Source: Alkalispirochaeta sp. (GTDB lineage Bacteria > Spirochaetota > Spirochaetia > DSM-27196 > Alkalispirochaetaceae). From it: 64,000 nucleotides of DNA. Position numbers and translations under genes: made by a program. Shown here in pieces: positions 28,753 through 37,745 of the stretch. How positions within the stretch are numbered: position 1 is the first letter of the stretch; each line of letters starts with the position of its first letter. The DNA lies in the NCBI GenBank assembly GCA_965601925.1, contig OZ271854.1:4448001-4512000 (forward strand), read 5' to 3'. The notes beneath the pieces were generated by a model. The model ran no database searches and was not told the DNA's origin. It saw nothing but the letters and a program-made list of their open reading frames with translations.

Positions 28753-29532
28753 CTACGGATTGCGTAGCAACCGCACGGTGAACTCCCCGCCGAAGTGGCA
28801 GGGATGCGCGATGGTCGCCTCGCGTCGGTAGACGCGGGGCGGGATACCGATATCGGCAACGAACAACTCTCCGCACTCCGGGGAGCCCATACCGGTCCTG
28901 GGAAAACCGAAGCAGATAGTCGCGTCGGCGACGACGTAGGCGTCGGCGGCGACGCCGGTCGTCGGATCGATCCCACTCGGCGTCTCGAGGGAGAGTATCG
29001 TACTCCCGCCCGACGGCTGCGTTCCACGCGGAGTATCGCGCGCCGCGCTCCGACACGCGATGAGAATCGGAATGGACCGCTCGATCGCCTCGATGTACTG
29101 TCCGCTGCGCAACACACCGGTAAGGGCGTCGATACACAATGATGGAAACTCGCGAACCGGATCGGAGAGCGTTTTTATCGGGACGCCGGCGTTCGAGCAG
29201 GTTCCGAGCTGTCGCGTCGCGACCTCTCTCGTCGGGGGAATGGGAAGGAGCACCTCTACGTCTCGGCCGTGATTGTGTAAATGACGTGCGACGGCGAGCC
29301 CGACCGCGCCGGTATACCCCGGTCCCGCGGCGACCAGGACGTGCCCTTCGTCGGTTTGTCGATCACCGATAAGCCGCCACGCCACTGGGAAAGCGCTACG
29401 CGCCGCGGTCTCGATCATTTCGGCCTCGGGAGGGGCCCCGATTGCCGCCGCTCTTGCCAGAAGGTCTGCGGCCTCGTCGGCCGTTATCGCAGAGACCGGA
29501 TCACCGGCGTCGCTCAGAAACAACCTCTGCAT
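28753..29532 (-). CDS. Stand-alone YjeF_N (NAD(P)H-hydrate epimerase-like) protein with degenerate active-site motifs
   Basis: MIETAAR, VAAGPGYTGAVGLAVARHL, IDALTG, SLETPSGID, ADATICFG, GELFVADIGIP. Confidence 0.75.
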   Translation of the reverse strand: MQRLFLSDAGDPVSAITADEAADLLARAAAIGAPPEAEMIETAARSAFPVAWRLIGDRQTDEGHVLVAAGPGYTGAVGLAVARHLHNHGRDVEVLLPIPPTREVATRQLGTCSNAGVPIKTLSDPVREFPSLCIDALTGVLRSGQYIEAIERSIPILIACRSAARDTPRGTQPSGGSTILSLETPSGIDPTTGVAADAYVVADATICFGFPRTGMGSPECGELFVADIGIPPRVYRREATIAHPCHFGGEFTVRLLRNP

Positions 29533-29651
29533 AAAACATACAATAAGCCCACAACGCCCGGTATGTCCAGGAGAGCGCAACATGACGGACCGTGGGAGAA
29601 GCTATATAGTGAGAGAGCACACCGAGTAAGGGTACAACGGGAGGACGATCG

Positions 29652-29975
29652 ATGGACACGTTCGTTACGGCGCAAGAGATGGTGGAAAAACGGCCCACTG
29701 AAGGGGCGATAGGGCGCATCGTCCACGGTAACGGCATGACGGTCGCGCACTGGGAGTTCGAAGAGGGTACGGTGCTGCCGGAGCATGCACATCCCCACGA
29801 ACAGATCGCCCTCGTCGTCGAGGGCCGCCTGCGGCTCACCGTCGGCGGGCGGACGCAGACGTTGAAAGCCGGTGAGGCCGCGCTCATTCCGTCGAACGTA
29901 CGTCACGGTGCAACGGCGGTCACGCGATGTCGGGTGGTGGATTCATTCACGCCCAAGCGGGACGATCTGGTCTGA
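29652..29975 (+). CDS. Cupin domain protein
   Basis: LPEHAHPHEQ..V.EG and IPSNVRHG cupin motifs; GGGAGG SD. Confidence 0.9.
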   Translation: MDTFVTAQEMVEKRPTEGAIGRIVHGNGMTVAHWEFEEGTVLPEHAHPHEQIALVVEGRLRLTVGGRTQTLKAGEAALIPSNVRHGATAVTRCRVVDSFTPKRDDLV

Positions 29976-29987
29976 CGGTCGCCGGCG

Positions 29988-30620
29988 CTACTCTTCCCCC
30001 CGACGGCGGCTCGCGACTAACCGCTGGAGGTCGTGGATATTAGTCACGACGATCTTCTCGGCGAAGACTTCCAACCGCCGTTGGTTGGAAAACTGATTGA
30101 TTACCGTACGCACTTGGTCGGGTGAGAGTCCGGCCCAATTTGCGACGTCGTGGGCGGTGACGGCAAACTCGCACCGATCCTGATCCGGGTCCTTATTGGC
30201 CATCCCTTCGTAGAGCATGAGAAACACGTCGGCAACGCGCGCCTGAATATCGTCGAGTTTGAGAATCATGAATCGCCGTCGTTGATCATAGATGCGGCGC
30301 ACGAACGTCTTCAGAAGCGTGAGGGCGATTTGCGGATTACCCTGCATGAGGATTTCGAAATTCGCGCGGTTGAACTCGAGAAGGGTCACTTCATCCAGGG
30401 TGATAGCGCTGGCGCTGCGCGGCGCCTCCTCGAGGATCGCCATCTCGCCGAACAACTCTCCGGGGTGCAGAATGTCGATTGCCTTCTCGATATTACCCAT
30501 TACCTTGGTGATCTGCACTCGTCCTTCTTGAATCAGATAGAAGCTGTTTCCCGGTTCGTGCTCGCAGAAAATCATCTGATTCTTAGGAATCTTCTTTGCG
30601 AATCGATCGAATGCGCCCAT
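29988..30620 (-). CDS. Crp/Fnr family transcriptional regulator
   Basis: cNMP domain FGEMAILEEAPRSASA; C-terminal HTH (HDVANWAGLSPDQV). Confidence 0.9.
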   Translation of the reverse strand: MGAFDRFAKKIPKNQMIFCEHEPGNSFYLIQEGRVQITKVMGNIEKAIDILHPGELFGEMAILEEAPRSASAITLDEVTLLEFNRANFEILMQGNPQIALTLLKTFVRRIYDQRRRFMILKLDDIQARVADVFLMLYEGMANKDPDQDRCEFAVTAHDVANWAGLSPDQVRTVINQFSNQRRLEVFAEKIVVTNIHDLQRLVASRRRGEE

Positions 30621-30621
30621 G

Positions 30622-31596
30622 TCAATGCTCCAACTGCGCGAGGGCGCTGTCTATTTTCCGTTTGAGCGCCGGATCGTCGGCGACTCCCGATCGCGCCTTC
30701 GTAAGAAAGGCTCGTCCTTTTTGGGTATCGCCGGAGCGGCCGTAGCTTAAGCCGATATGGTAGAGCAGCTCGGCCATTTGCGGATGGCGCGGAGCCTCCT
30801 TCAAAAGCGCGGAATAGTGGCGTATCGTCAGCCCGTAGTCGCCCTTCTCGAAGTAGCTTCGCCCGAGCTGCACCTGCGCCTTGGACCGATACTCGCCCTT
30901 GGCATCCCGATCGATGACCAGCTTGAAGCCCTCGACCGCCTCGTCGTACTTGCCGTTGGCGAAACTACTTTCGGCCTCGAAAAAGAGCTGGCCGATCTCC
31001 GGAAGATCGGCGCGCGGTCGCGCCCGCCCCGCGGTGGACGAGGTCGAGCGAGCCGATTGGGCCGTCGCCGACTGCCCGGCGCGTTCGATCTGTTTGCGCG
31101 CCTCCTCGGCGTGTCGGCCGCCCGGATACAACTCCAGGTAACGCTTCCAGATATATCGAGCGTGATCGTACTGCCGATTCCGAAAGTAAAACTCTGCGCT
31201 CTGATGCAATCCTTCGGCGGAATCGATGACGTCGTCCTGGTTAAGCATCGACGAAACCTTCGAGTGGATGCGCCGCAGCTGACCCGAGAAGACCTTGAGC
31301 ATCTTAATGATGATTCGCGTGTTGGAAGATACCAGCGACTCGAACTCGGCGACACTGAATTGCACCACTTGCGCATCCGCGAGGACTACGGCGTCCTCCT
31401 CGCGCGGAAAGTGCCCGAGAGCGCTTTTGACCCCGAAGAACTCGCCGGTCTGGATGAGATCGTTTATATCCTGTCCGGTTTCGATATCTCGAGAACGGAG
31501 CACGACACGACCGGACTTCAAGATATAGACCCGATCATCGACGTCTCCCTGAAAGTAGATAACTGAGTCGGCCTTGTAGGCGACTGGCTTAGGCAA
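30622..31596 (-). CDS. Cyclic-nucleotide-binding domain + TPR protein
   Basis: VIYFQGD..YILKSG..GEFFGVKSALGHFPREE; C-terminal TPRs; AGGAG SD before TTG 31596. Confidence 0.85.
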   Translation of the reverse strand: MPKPVAYKADSVIYFQGDVDDRVYILKSGRVVLRSRDIETGQDINDLIQTGEFFGVKSALGHFPREEDAVVLADAQVVQFSVAEFESLVSSNTRIIIKMLKVFSGQLRRIHSKVSSMLNQDDVIDSAEGLHQSAEFYFRNRQYDHARYIWKRYLELYPGGRHAEEARKQIERAGQSATAQSARSTSSTAGRARPRADLPEIGQLFFEAESSFANGKYDEAVEGFKLVIDRDAKGEYRSKAQVQLGRSYFEKGDYGLTIRHYSALLKEAPRHPQMAELLYHIGLSYGRSGDTQKGRAFLTKARSGVADDPALKRKIDSALAQLEH

Positions 31597-31680
31597 GGCT
31601 GCGGTCTCCTGCGAAAACTGTATCCGCTTGCCATGCAAAAATCAAGCCGATGGTTGCTCGCTCGCCTACCATTCAATAGT

Positions 31681-32487
31681 ATGAACGGCAGCATGGCAGT
31701 ATTGGAACGAATCGGAAAGCGCGTAATCGACCTCGCCCGCGGTTTTTCGTACGCCATGGGCTTCTTTTATCTCGTTTTGAAGGAGACCGTACTCTATCTA
31801 CGCCGACGCCAATCGCGCCGTGTGCTGACCTTTCAAATACTCTTTACCGGCGTGGAGGCGCTGCCGGTGATCAGCATTCTCTCTTTGGGTCTCGGCGCGG
31901 CGATTATCATCCAGTTGGTATCGTCGCTCTCGCAATTTCTTCAGGGGCAGATCGTATACGCCATCTTGATAACGATCATTACACGGGAATTGGGTCCGAT
32001 TCTCACGGCGTTCATCATCGCCGCGCGCTCCGGACCGGCGATCTCCACCGAGCTCGGAAACATGGTGGTCAGCCACGAGATCGAAGCGTACATCGCCAAC
32101 GGGATCAATCCGATCAGTTACTTGGTGGTGCCGCGCTTCCTCGGCGTCACGATCTCCCTGGTGCTGCTCAATATCTATTTCAATATCTTCGGACTCTTCG
32201 GCTCGTTCTTCGTAACCGCGCTGATCACTCCTATCGACTTTCGCGATTACTTTTCCAACCTGCTCAACGCACTCACCGTCGTGGACGTCTCGATATCGAT
32301 TCTCAAGAGCGCGGTATCGGGGGCCATCATCAGCACCGTCGCTACCTACTACGGCTTCAAAGTGGAACAGGCCTCGACCGAAGTGCCGGTCATGGCGATC
32401 AAGAGCGTCGGTCAGGGATTCATCCTCATCATCGTCTCTAACGCGGCGCTTACGGCCGCATATTATCTATTAACGCTGTCGAGATAG
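31681..32487 (+). CDS. mlaE: MlaE-family ABC transporter permease
   Basis: RELGPILTAFIIAARSGPAISTELGNM..EIEA..GINPISYLVVPR. Confidence 0.9.
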   Translation: MNGSMAVLERIGKRVIDLARGFSYAMGFFYLVLKETVLYLRRRQSRRVLTFQILFTGVEALPVISILSLGLGAAIIIQLVSSLSQFLQGQIVYAILITIITRELGPILTAFIIAARSGPAISTELGNMVVSHEIEAYIANGINPISYLVVPRFLGVTISLVLLNIYFNIFGLFGSFFVTALITPIDFRDYFSNLLNALTVVDVSISILKSAVSGAIISTVATYYGFKVEQASTEVPVMAIKSVGQGFILIIVSNAALTAAYYLLTLSR

Positions 32488-32491
32488 TGCG

Positions 32492-33289
32492 ATGGAGATA
32501 GAACTACAGGACATTACATTCAAAACCGACGAGGTCACGCTCATCGACAAGATCTCGTGCCGTATCTCCGGCGGATCGTCGGTACTGGTGATGGGACCGG
32601 CGGGATCGGGCAAGACGCTTCTCATGAAAGTTATGGCCGGCATCATACCGCCGAGCTCGGGACACGTGTGCTTCGACGGGAAGTCGCTTTTCTCCATGTC
32701 GGACCGCGGTATCGAGAAAAATCGCCTACGTCAAGGATTCGTATTTCAAGACGCCGCGCTCTGGCAGAATCTGTCGGTGTACAATAACTTGGCTCTCCCG
32801 GTTCAGTATCACTATCCCCGCAGATCGGCGGCGGACGTTCGCTCGCGCATCGAGAAGCTGTGTCGCGCTATGGGATTCAAAGAGGACCTCAACCAACGGC
32901 CGGCTCGCCTTTCGGCCGGTGAACGAAAAGTGGTCTCGATTATTCGCGCCCTCATGCTCGATCCGGAGACGATCTTCATGGACGAGCCGAGCGGGGGGTT
33001 GGATGCCGCCACGTCCGATCGACTGATCCAGCTTCTCAAAGACCTCAAGGGACAGGGCAAGACGCTGGTCATTGCGAGCCACGACAGCGAGATCGCATCA
33101 CTCTTCGCCGATTGGATTCTCGTCATCGACGACGGAACGCTTCTGGCGTTCGACGTCGTGGACAAACTCGTTCGCACAGACGACGAGCGGGTGCGCGAGA
33201 TTCTCGCCGATGTGTTCGACTTGAGCTCTACGTACGATAAGGACATTCTCGATATACTGGGTAGTAGTGACTATGATCCGTTTGCATGA
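32492..33289 (+). CDS. mlaF: MlaF-like ABC transporter ATP-binding protein
   Basis: GPAGSGKT Walker A, FVFQDAAL, LSAGE, FMDEP, ASHD. Confidence 0.88.
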   Translation: MEIELQDITFKTDEVTLIDKISCRISGGSSVLVMGPAGSGKTLLMKVMAGIIPPSSGHVCFDGKSLFSMSDRGIEKNRLRQGFVFQDAALWQNLSVYNNLALPVQYHYPRRSAADVRSRIEKLCRAMGFKEDLNQRPARLSAGERKVVSIIRALMLDPETIFMDEPSGGLDAATSDRLIQLLKDLKGQGKTLVIASHDSEIASLFADWILVIDDGTLLAFDVVDKLVRTDDERVREILADVFDLSSTYDKDILDILGSSDYDPFA

Positions 33290-33316
33290 CCCGTTCATGG
33301 CAGGAGGACCGCGCCG

Positions 33317-34342
33317 GTGAAGTTCAAAATCCGTTTCGCACAACAAATCGTCGGGATATTCGTGCTCGTCGCGGCGGTTTCCATCATCGGTGTCGTGGTA
33401 TCCATGGCCGCCAATCAGCGATGGTTTGCGAGGGACTACGCGTTTTACAGCGTCTTTCCCACCGCCGAGGGACTCAGCGTGGGAATGTCGATCTCTTTCA
33501 AGGGATTCGAGATCGGGCGGATCGCGGAAATCACGTTAGCCGACCGCGACGAGGTCCGCATCGACTTTCTTATCCAGGACACGTACTACGATAAGGTGGT
33601 ACCCAACAGCATTCTCGAGCTTGTCCAGAGCCCGATCGGTCTCGGCGGCGGGTTGGTCTTTCACCAGGGCCGATCGAATGATCCGCCGCTCCCGGAGGGA
33701 AGTCTCATTCCGGCCATCAACAGCAAGGAGGGGCAGGCGATCGTCGAGGCCGAGGAGGTCTTTCTCACGGGCAGCGGCGACTCGATCACGCGGATCATCA
33801 GTCAAGTCGAGCCGCTTTTGCGCAACGTAAACACTTTGCTCATCTCCGTCGAGCAGGCCCTCTCCGGCGACCAGAACGAGCCGCTGGGCGTAACCATAGC
33901 GCGCGTCAATACGTTGCTTGCCGAAGTGGAGACGACTCTGGTCGAAACGCGTACCACGATCCTCCGCGACGTCGCCGGAATCACCGCGAACTTGGAGGAG
34001 ACCTCGGAGGCGTTCCGCGATCCGACCGGTATCGTACCGCGTCTCATCGACGCGGACGGTTCGATTGCCACCTTTCTGGACGACAACAATCGCCTGTACG
34101 ACGAAATCGAACAGATGCTCGTCACCATCAACGCTACGCTGGACGAGGTGAACGACTTTGCCGGCTTCATAAACGGGACGCAGCCGCAGATCGCCGGACT
34201 CGTGGAAGAGGGACGCGAGGCGATCACGACCGGTCAGGATGTGCTCGAAGGGCTGAGCAACAATCCCTTGATACGGGGCGGCATCACCCGCGAGCTGCCG
34301 CAACAGACGACGTTTGAGAGTTATCGCGATGGTCAGTTCTAA
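33317..34342 (+). CDS. mlaD: MlaD/MCE family protein with long helical C-terminus
   Basis: N-terminal TM; AEGLSVGMSISFKGFEIGRI MCE motif; AGGAGG SD. Confidence 0.88.
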   Translation: MKFKIRFAQQIVGIFVLVAAVSIIGVVVSMAANQRWFARDYAFYSVFPTAEGLSVGMSISFKGFEIGRIAEITLADRDEVRIDFLIQDTYYDKVVPNSILELVQSPIGLGGGLVFHQGRSNDPPLPEGSLIPAINSKEGQAIVEAEEVFLTGSGDSITRIISQVEPLLRNVNTLLISVEQALSGDQNEPLGVTIARVNTLLAEVETTLVETRTTILRDVAGITANLEETSEAFRDPTGIVPRLIDADGSIATFLDDNNRLYDEIEQMLVTINATLDEVNDFAGFINGTQPQIAGLVEEGREAITTGQDVLEGLSNNPLIRGGITRELPQQTTFESYRDGQF

Positions 34343-35282
34343 GGGAGCCGCGCCGCGCCGTCGGTTTTGGACGCTGCTCGTCGTGACGGCCGCGATATAC
34401 GCCTCGTGTTCATCGGCGCCCGATCCGCCGGAAGCCGTGGTAACGATTCGTAATCAAGCGGCGCGAAGCGCGGAGTTCGGAAATCGCTACTTCGCCCAAG
34501 GCGACTTTGAGCTCGCACTCCAGTTTTTTGAATCCGCCCTCGAGGGAAATACCTCCGTCGATAACCTGTCGGGCATCGCAAAGTCGTATAACTCTATCGG
34601 CCGCGTATATGCCGCGGTCGACGAGTTTGACGAGGCGGCGGAGCATTATCGCCTGGCCTTGGAGTTTGCGACGCTCGCCGACGACCGCGAGCAAACGATG
34701 CAGACTCACATCAATCGCGGCGAGCTCGCGCTGCATATGGGGGACGAGGAGCGTGCGCTCTCGGCGTTCGAAGAGGCTCGTACCGTAAGCGAGAGCGACG
34801 AGGCGTTGGTAAGTTCAGTCCTCTATCACAACCTGGGAACACTGTACGCGCGACAACGCGACTTTGCACAAGCCGCAACCAATATCGAGCGAGCACGCCA
34901 GCTCAACGAGGAGGCGCAAAACTGGTCGGAGCTGGCGAGCAATCATTTCATGTTGGCGTCGATCGCCTCGCGACAAGGACAGTTCGAGACGGCCCTCGCC
35001 GAAGCCGAGCGGGCGTTGGAGTACGATAGGCGAGCGGAAAACAGCCCCGGCATCGCCGCCGACTTGGACGCCTTGGGCCAAATCAGCGAGCGAATCGGCG
35101 ACGACGAGGCGGCTTATCAATATTATGTGCGCGCCCTGCGGGTCTTTTTGATCCTCAACCAACCCATGCCGGTGGCCGATGTTCTCGCGCGTCTGGAGGG
35201 AGTAGCACGGCGCACCGGCCGTGAGGACGAGGCCGAGCAATTCGCATCGCAGCGCACTCGTATCCTGGAGGCACTCGAATGA
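34329..35282 (+). CDS. TPR-repeat lipoprotein
   Basis: Lipobox-like YASC; repeated TPR units (AKSYNSIGRVY, LYHNLGTLY); overlaps the mlaD stop. Confidence 0.85.
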   Translation: MVSSKGAAPRRRFWTLLVVTAAIYASCSSAPDPPEAVVTIRNQAARSAEFGNRYFAQGDFELALQFFESALEGNTSVDNLSGIAKSYNSIGRVYAAVDEFDEAAEHYRLALEFATLADDREQTMQTHINRGELALHMGDEERALSAFEEARTVSESDEALVSSVLYHNLGTLYARQRDFAQAATNIERARQLNEEAQNWSELASNHFMLASIASRQGQFETALAEAERALEYDRRAENSPGIAADLDALGQISERIGDDEAAYQYYVRALRVFLILNQPMPVADVLARLEGVARRTGREDEAEQFASQRTRILEALE

Positions 35283-35650
35283 ACACGTTTCTCCGCCGCA
35301 CCGCGCGCGGATATCTCACCATCTTCAAGGGTATCGTAGCGCTTACAGCGGCGATGGCGATACTCGCGGCGGTGAGCATCGCCGTCACACTGCCGTTGTG
35401 GTTCCTCGCTACGACGACACCGACGCTTTTCACGTGGCTCACCGTAGCGGCGGGGGCCGTGTTCGCGGCGGCGTGGCTGTACCGTAGAGCGGCCCGACGC
35501 GGCCGGCGTTCGACATCGAGGGCTCCGGCCGTCGCATGGGGTGTCTGCGGTGTCGTGATTATCGTCGGTCTGGTGGTCGGCTCGCCGGTCGCCGTTATCG
35601 CGGGCCTCGTCACGGGCTCACTCGTCCTTGCGCGTCGCCTCGCAACGTAA
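35279..35650 (+). CDS. Small hypothetical membrane protein
   Basis: ATGA overlap with the TPR gene; about 4 hydrophobic helices. Confidence 0.65.
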   Translation: MNTFLRRTARGYLTIFKGIVALTAAMAILAAVSIAVTLPLWFLATTTPTLFTWLTVAAGAVFAAAWLYRRAARRGRRSTSRAPAVAWGVCGVVIIVGLVVGSPVAVIAGLVTGSLVLARRLAT

Positions 35651-35666
35651 GCCGAAGCGGACGTTC

Positions 35667-36563
35667 GTGAGGGGCGCTTCGACATTATGCGCGATGATCC
35701 TCCTCTTTGCCTCGCTGCGCCCCGCCGGTGCTCAAGTGGCGTTATCGCGGCTTGAACGTTCCGACCCGGTATACGTACAGCACCAGCGGCTCGTCGCCGA
35801 GTACCACCGGCATACCGCTCAGGGATTGTCTCTGCCTCCCTTGGTACTCTTTCAGTATCGCCCCGGGGACGACGAGGATCTCTTCGGCATCGCAGCGCGT
35901 CTGATGATCCCCTACGATACGCTGGCGAGTCTCAACCGTTTGGAGTACCCGAGCATATCGGACGCGCCGCTGTTGGTGCCGAGCCAGCCCGGACTCTTCG
36001 CGTACGACGATCCGTCGACGCAACTTGAACGCCTCCTCCGCGAGCGGATTACGGGGAACGCCGCGACACAGTCGTTGACGATTCCTTTCGGCGGACGCGC
36101 AACGCCGGTGCGATATCTGGCGGGGTACGATTTTCTTCCCGCCGAGCGCGACATCTTTCTTCGGATGCGGTTTGCCAACCCCCTTCCCGGCGCCGCACTT
36201 TCCTCTCAATACGGATATCGCAACCATCCGGTAACGGGGGTGTGGTCCTTTCATCACGGCATCGATCTCGCCGCGAACTACGGTACGGCGGTTCGCACGG
36301 CGGCGGCGGGATTGGTTACCGCGATTGAGCGCGATCCGTGGCTCGGGCTGTCGGTCACGGTAGCCCACCGGGAGCACTACGAGACGATGTATGCGCACCT
36401 CCAGGAAGTTGTTGTGGAAATCGGACAGAATGTGACGAATGATGGTATTATCGGCTACGTAGGGAGTTCGGGACTTTCTACGGGACCTCACCTCCATTTT
36501 GAGATACGATATCGTGGGGAGAGTCGTAACCCGGGGCATTACATAATGTGGGAGTCGAATTGA
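35667..36563 (+). CDS. M23 family peptidase with LysM-like region
   Basis: FHHGIDLAA (HxxxD), YAHL, STGPHLHFEI (HxH); start uncertain (35628-35694). Confidence 0.9.
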   Translation: MRGASTLCAMILLFASLRPAGAQVALSRLERSDPVYVQHQRLVAEYHRHTAQGLSLPPLVLFQYRPGDDEDLFGIAARLMIPYDTLASLNRLEYPSISDAPLLVPSQPGLFAYDDPSTQLERLLRERITGNAATQSLTIPFGGRATPVRYLAGYDFLPAERDIFLRMRFANPLPGAALSSQYGYRNHPVTGVWSFHHGIDLAANYGTAVRTAAAGLVTAIERDPWLGLSVTVAHREHYETMYAHLQEVVVEIGQNVTNDGIIGYVGSSGLSTGPHLHFEIRYRGESRNPGHYIMWESN

Positions 36564-37537
36564 AAACGTTACGGTGCATCCGGATAGTCGCTGCTTTTCT
36601 CTTACTCCATCAAACCGTTCTGTACGCTCAAAACTTCAGAGGCGACCTCATCGCGTATGATCACATAAGCCCCGACGGTCCGGTTACCCATGAGATCGGC
36701 GCCGGCCAAGTCGTCCTGTTCGGGTTTGAGCGCGACATTCGCTTTCTGGACGGTATCGAAATCACGATCACCCCGCAGCGCACCGTCGCACCTATCGGGG
36801 CCTTTTCCTTCACGGTATACGGCAGTGTCGACCGTCCCGATACCGACGGGATCGCGAACTTGGCGGGCCGCACCCTCGCCACTACGGTCCTCGCGGGCTC
36901 GGATACACAGACGATCGCAGTCCCTCTCAGCTCATCGCACGAAATCAGAGAGGAGCGCGGGCGCGTACTCGCGGCCGTAGCCGATCCGCGAACCGGCGCG
37001 GTCGCCGTTCATCTCGCTCCGGCGATGAAAGGTATGACCGTCGGTGCGGTCGAACAGGTATACGATGTCGAAGTAACCCCGATCCTCCGTCCCGTGGGGG
37101 CGATCGTCGTCGAGCTTGTCGGCGATGCGGAGCTGGTGGACCGCGCCCGGGGACTTTTAGATCTCACCCTCGACGGAGAGTCAATTGTCGAGGGTGAAGT
37201 TGTCGAACGTCCTCCGGGTATTTATCGTCTCGACGCGACGGCCGGCGAGATCGTGCGCCACGCCGTGAACGTGGGGATAGAGGTGGGGCGGATTCAGCGC
37301 ATCGCCGTGGAGGCTGCCGAACCGCGTGCATCGGTCCGCTTTGTCGTACCGTCGGTTGCGGAAGTATACTGGAATGGGGCCCTGCTAGCGGAACACCGAG
37401 ACATGTCGGTGAGCCCCGGCGTATACGCGTTGCTGGTCCGTCTCGGGGATTTCAGTGTGAGCCGTCAGGTGACGGTGGAGGCTAATCGGGAGTACGAGAT
37501 AGAGGTTGGCCTTGATATTTTGGTAAAAGAGGACTAA
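36560..37537 (+). CDS. Exported hypothetical protein, beta-rich (PEGA-like C-terminus possible)
   Basis: GGAG SD, TTG overlapping the M23 stop; signal peptide ending LYA-Q. Confidence 0.7.
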   Translation: MKTLRCIRIVAAFLLLHQTVLYAQNFRGDLIAYDHISPDGPVTHEIGAGQVVLFGFERDIRFLDGIEITITPQRTVAPIGAFSFTVYGSVDRPDTDGIANLAGRTLATTVLAGSDTQTIAVPLSSSHEIREERGRVLAAVADPRTGAVAVHLAPAMKGMTVGAVEQVYDVEVTPILRPVGAIVVELVGDAELVDRARGLLDLTLDGESIVEGEVVERPPGIYRLDATAGEIVRHAVNVGIEVGRIQRIAVEAAEPRASVRFVVPSVAEVYWNGALLAEHRDMSVSPGVYALLVRLGDFSVSRQVTVEANREYEIEVGLDILVKED

Positions 37538-37544
37538 ACCTTAC

Positions 37545-37655
37545 GAGGTACGAGACGATAATCAGAGTATCGGTGGCGGAAATAGTTCCCCTCCCAGTTC
37601 ACTATTCCTGTGCCGATGCTTTTTGGCCGGTTCTGCCGAACCGGCCTTTTTTTTT
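37545..37655 (+). ncRNA. Candidate small RNA or structured 3'UTR: long hairpin with C-rich loop plus intrinsic terminator
   Basis: Stem 37566-37586/37601-37620 with loop TCCCCTCCCAGTTC; then GGCCGGTTC-TGCC-GAACCGGCC-T9. Confidence 0.45.
37625..37655 (+). terminator. Strong intrinsic terminator
   Basis: Perfect 9-bp GC-rich stem with 4-nt loop followed by nine T. Confidence 0.9.
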
Positions 37656-37708
37656 GCTGTGTCTACTCCATCGACTGAGTACGCGTACGGTTTCGTCGAT
37701 GCCGCCCG

Positions 37709-37738
37709 TTGACAAAGACGGGAATCCGTCCATAGAGT
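37709..37738 (+). promoter_or_regulatory. Sigma70 promoter of PBP1A, probably leaderless
   Basis: TTGACA-N18-TAGAGT ending 7 nt before ATG 37746; spacer contains GACGG-GAAT-CCGTC. Confidence 0.7.
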
Positions 37739-37745
37739 TGATCTC

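Noticed and set aside
37545..37655. Identification of the structured RNA as SRP RNA, 6S RNA, tmRNA or a riboswitch
   Set aside because: No SRP helix-8 motif, too short for 6S or tmRNA, and PBP1A has its own promoter downstream of the terminator
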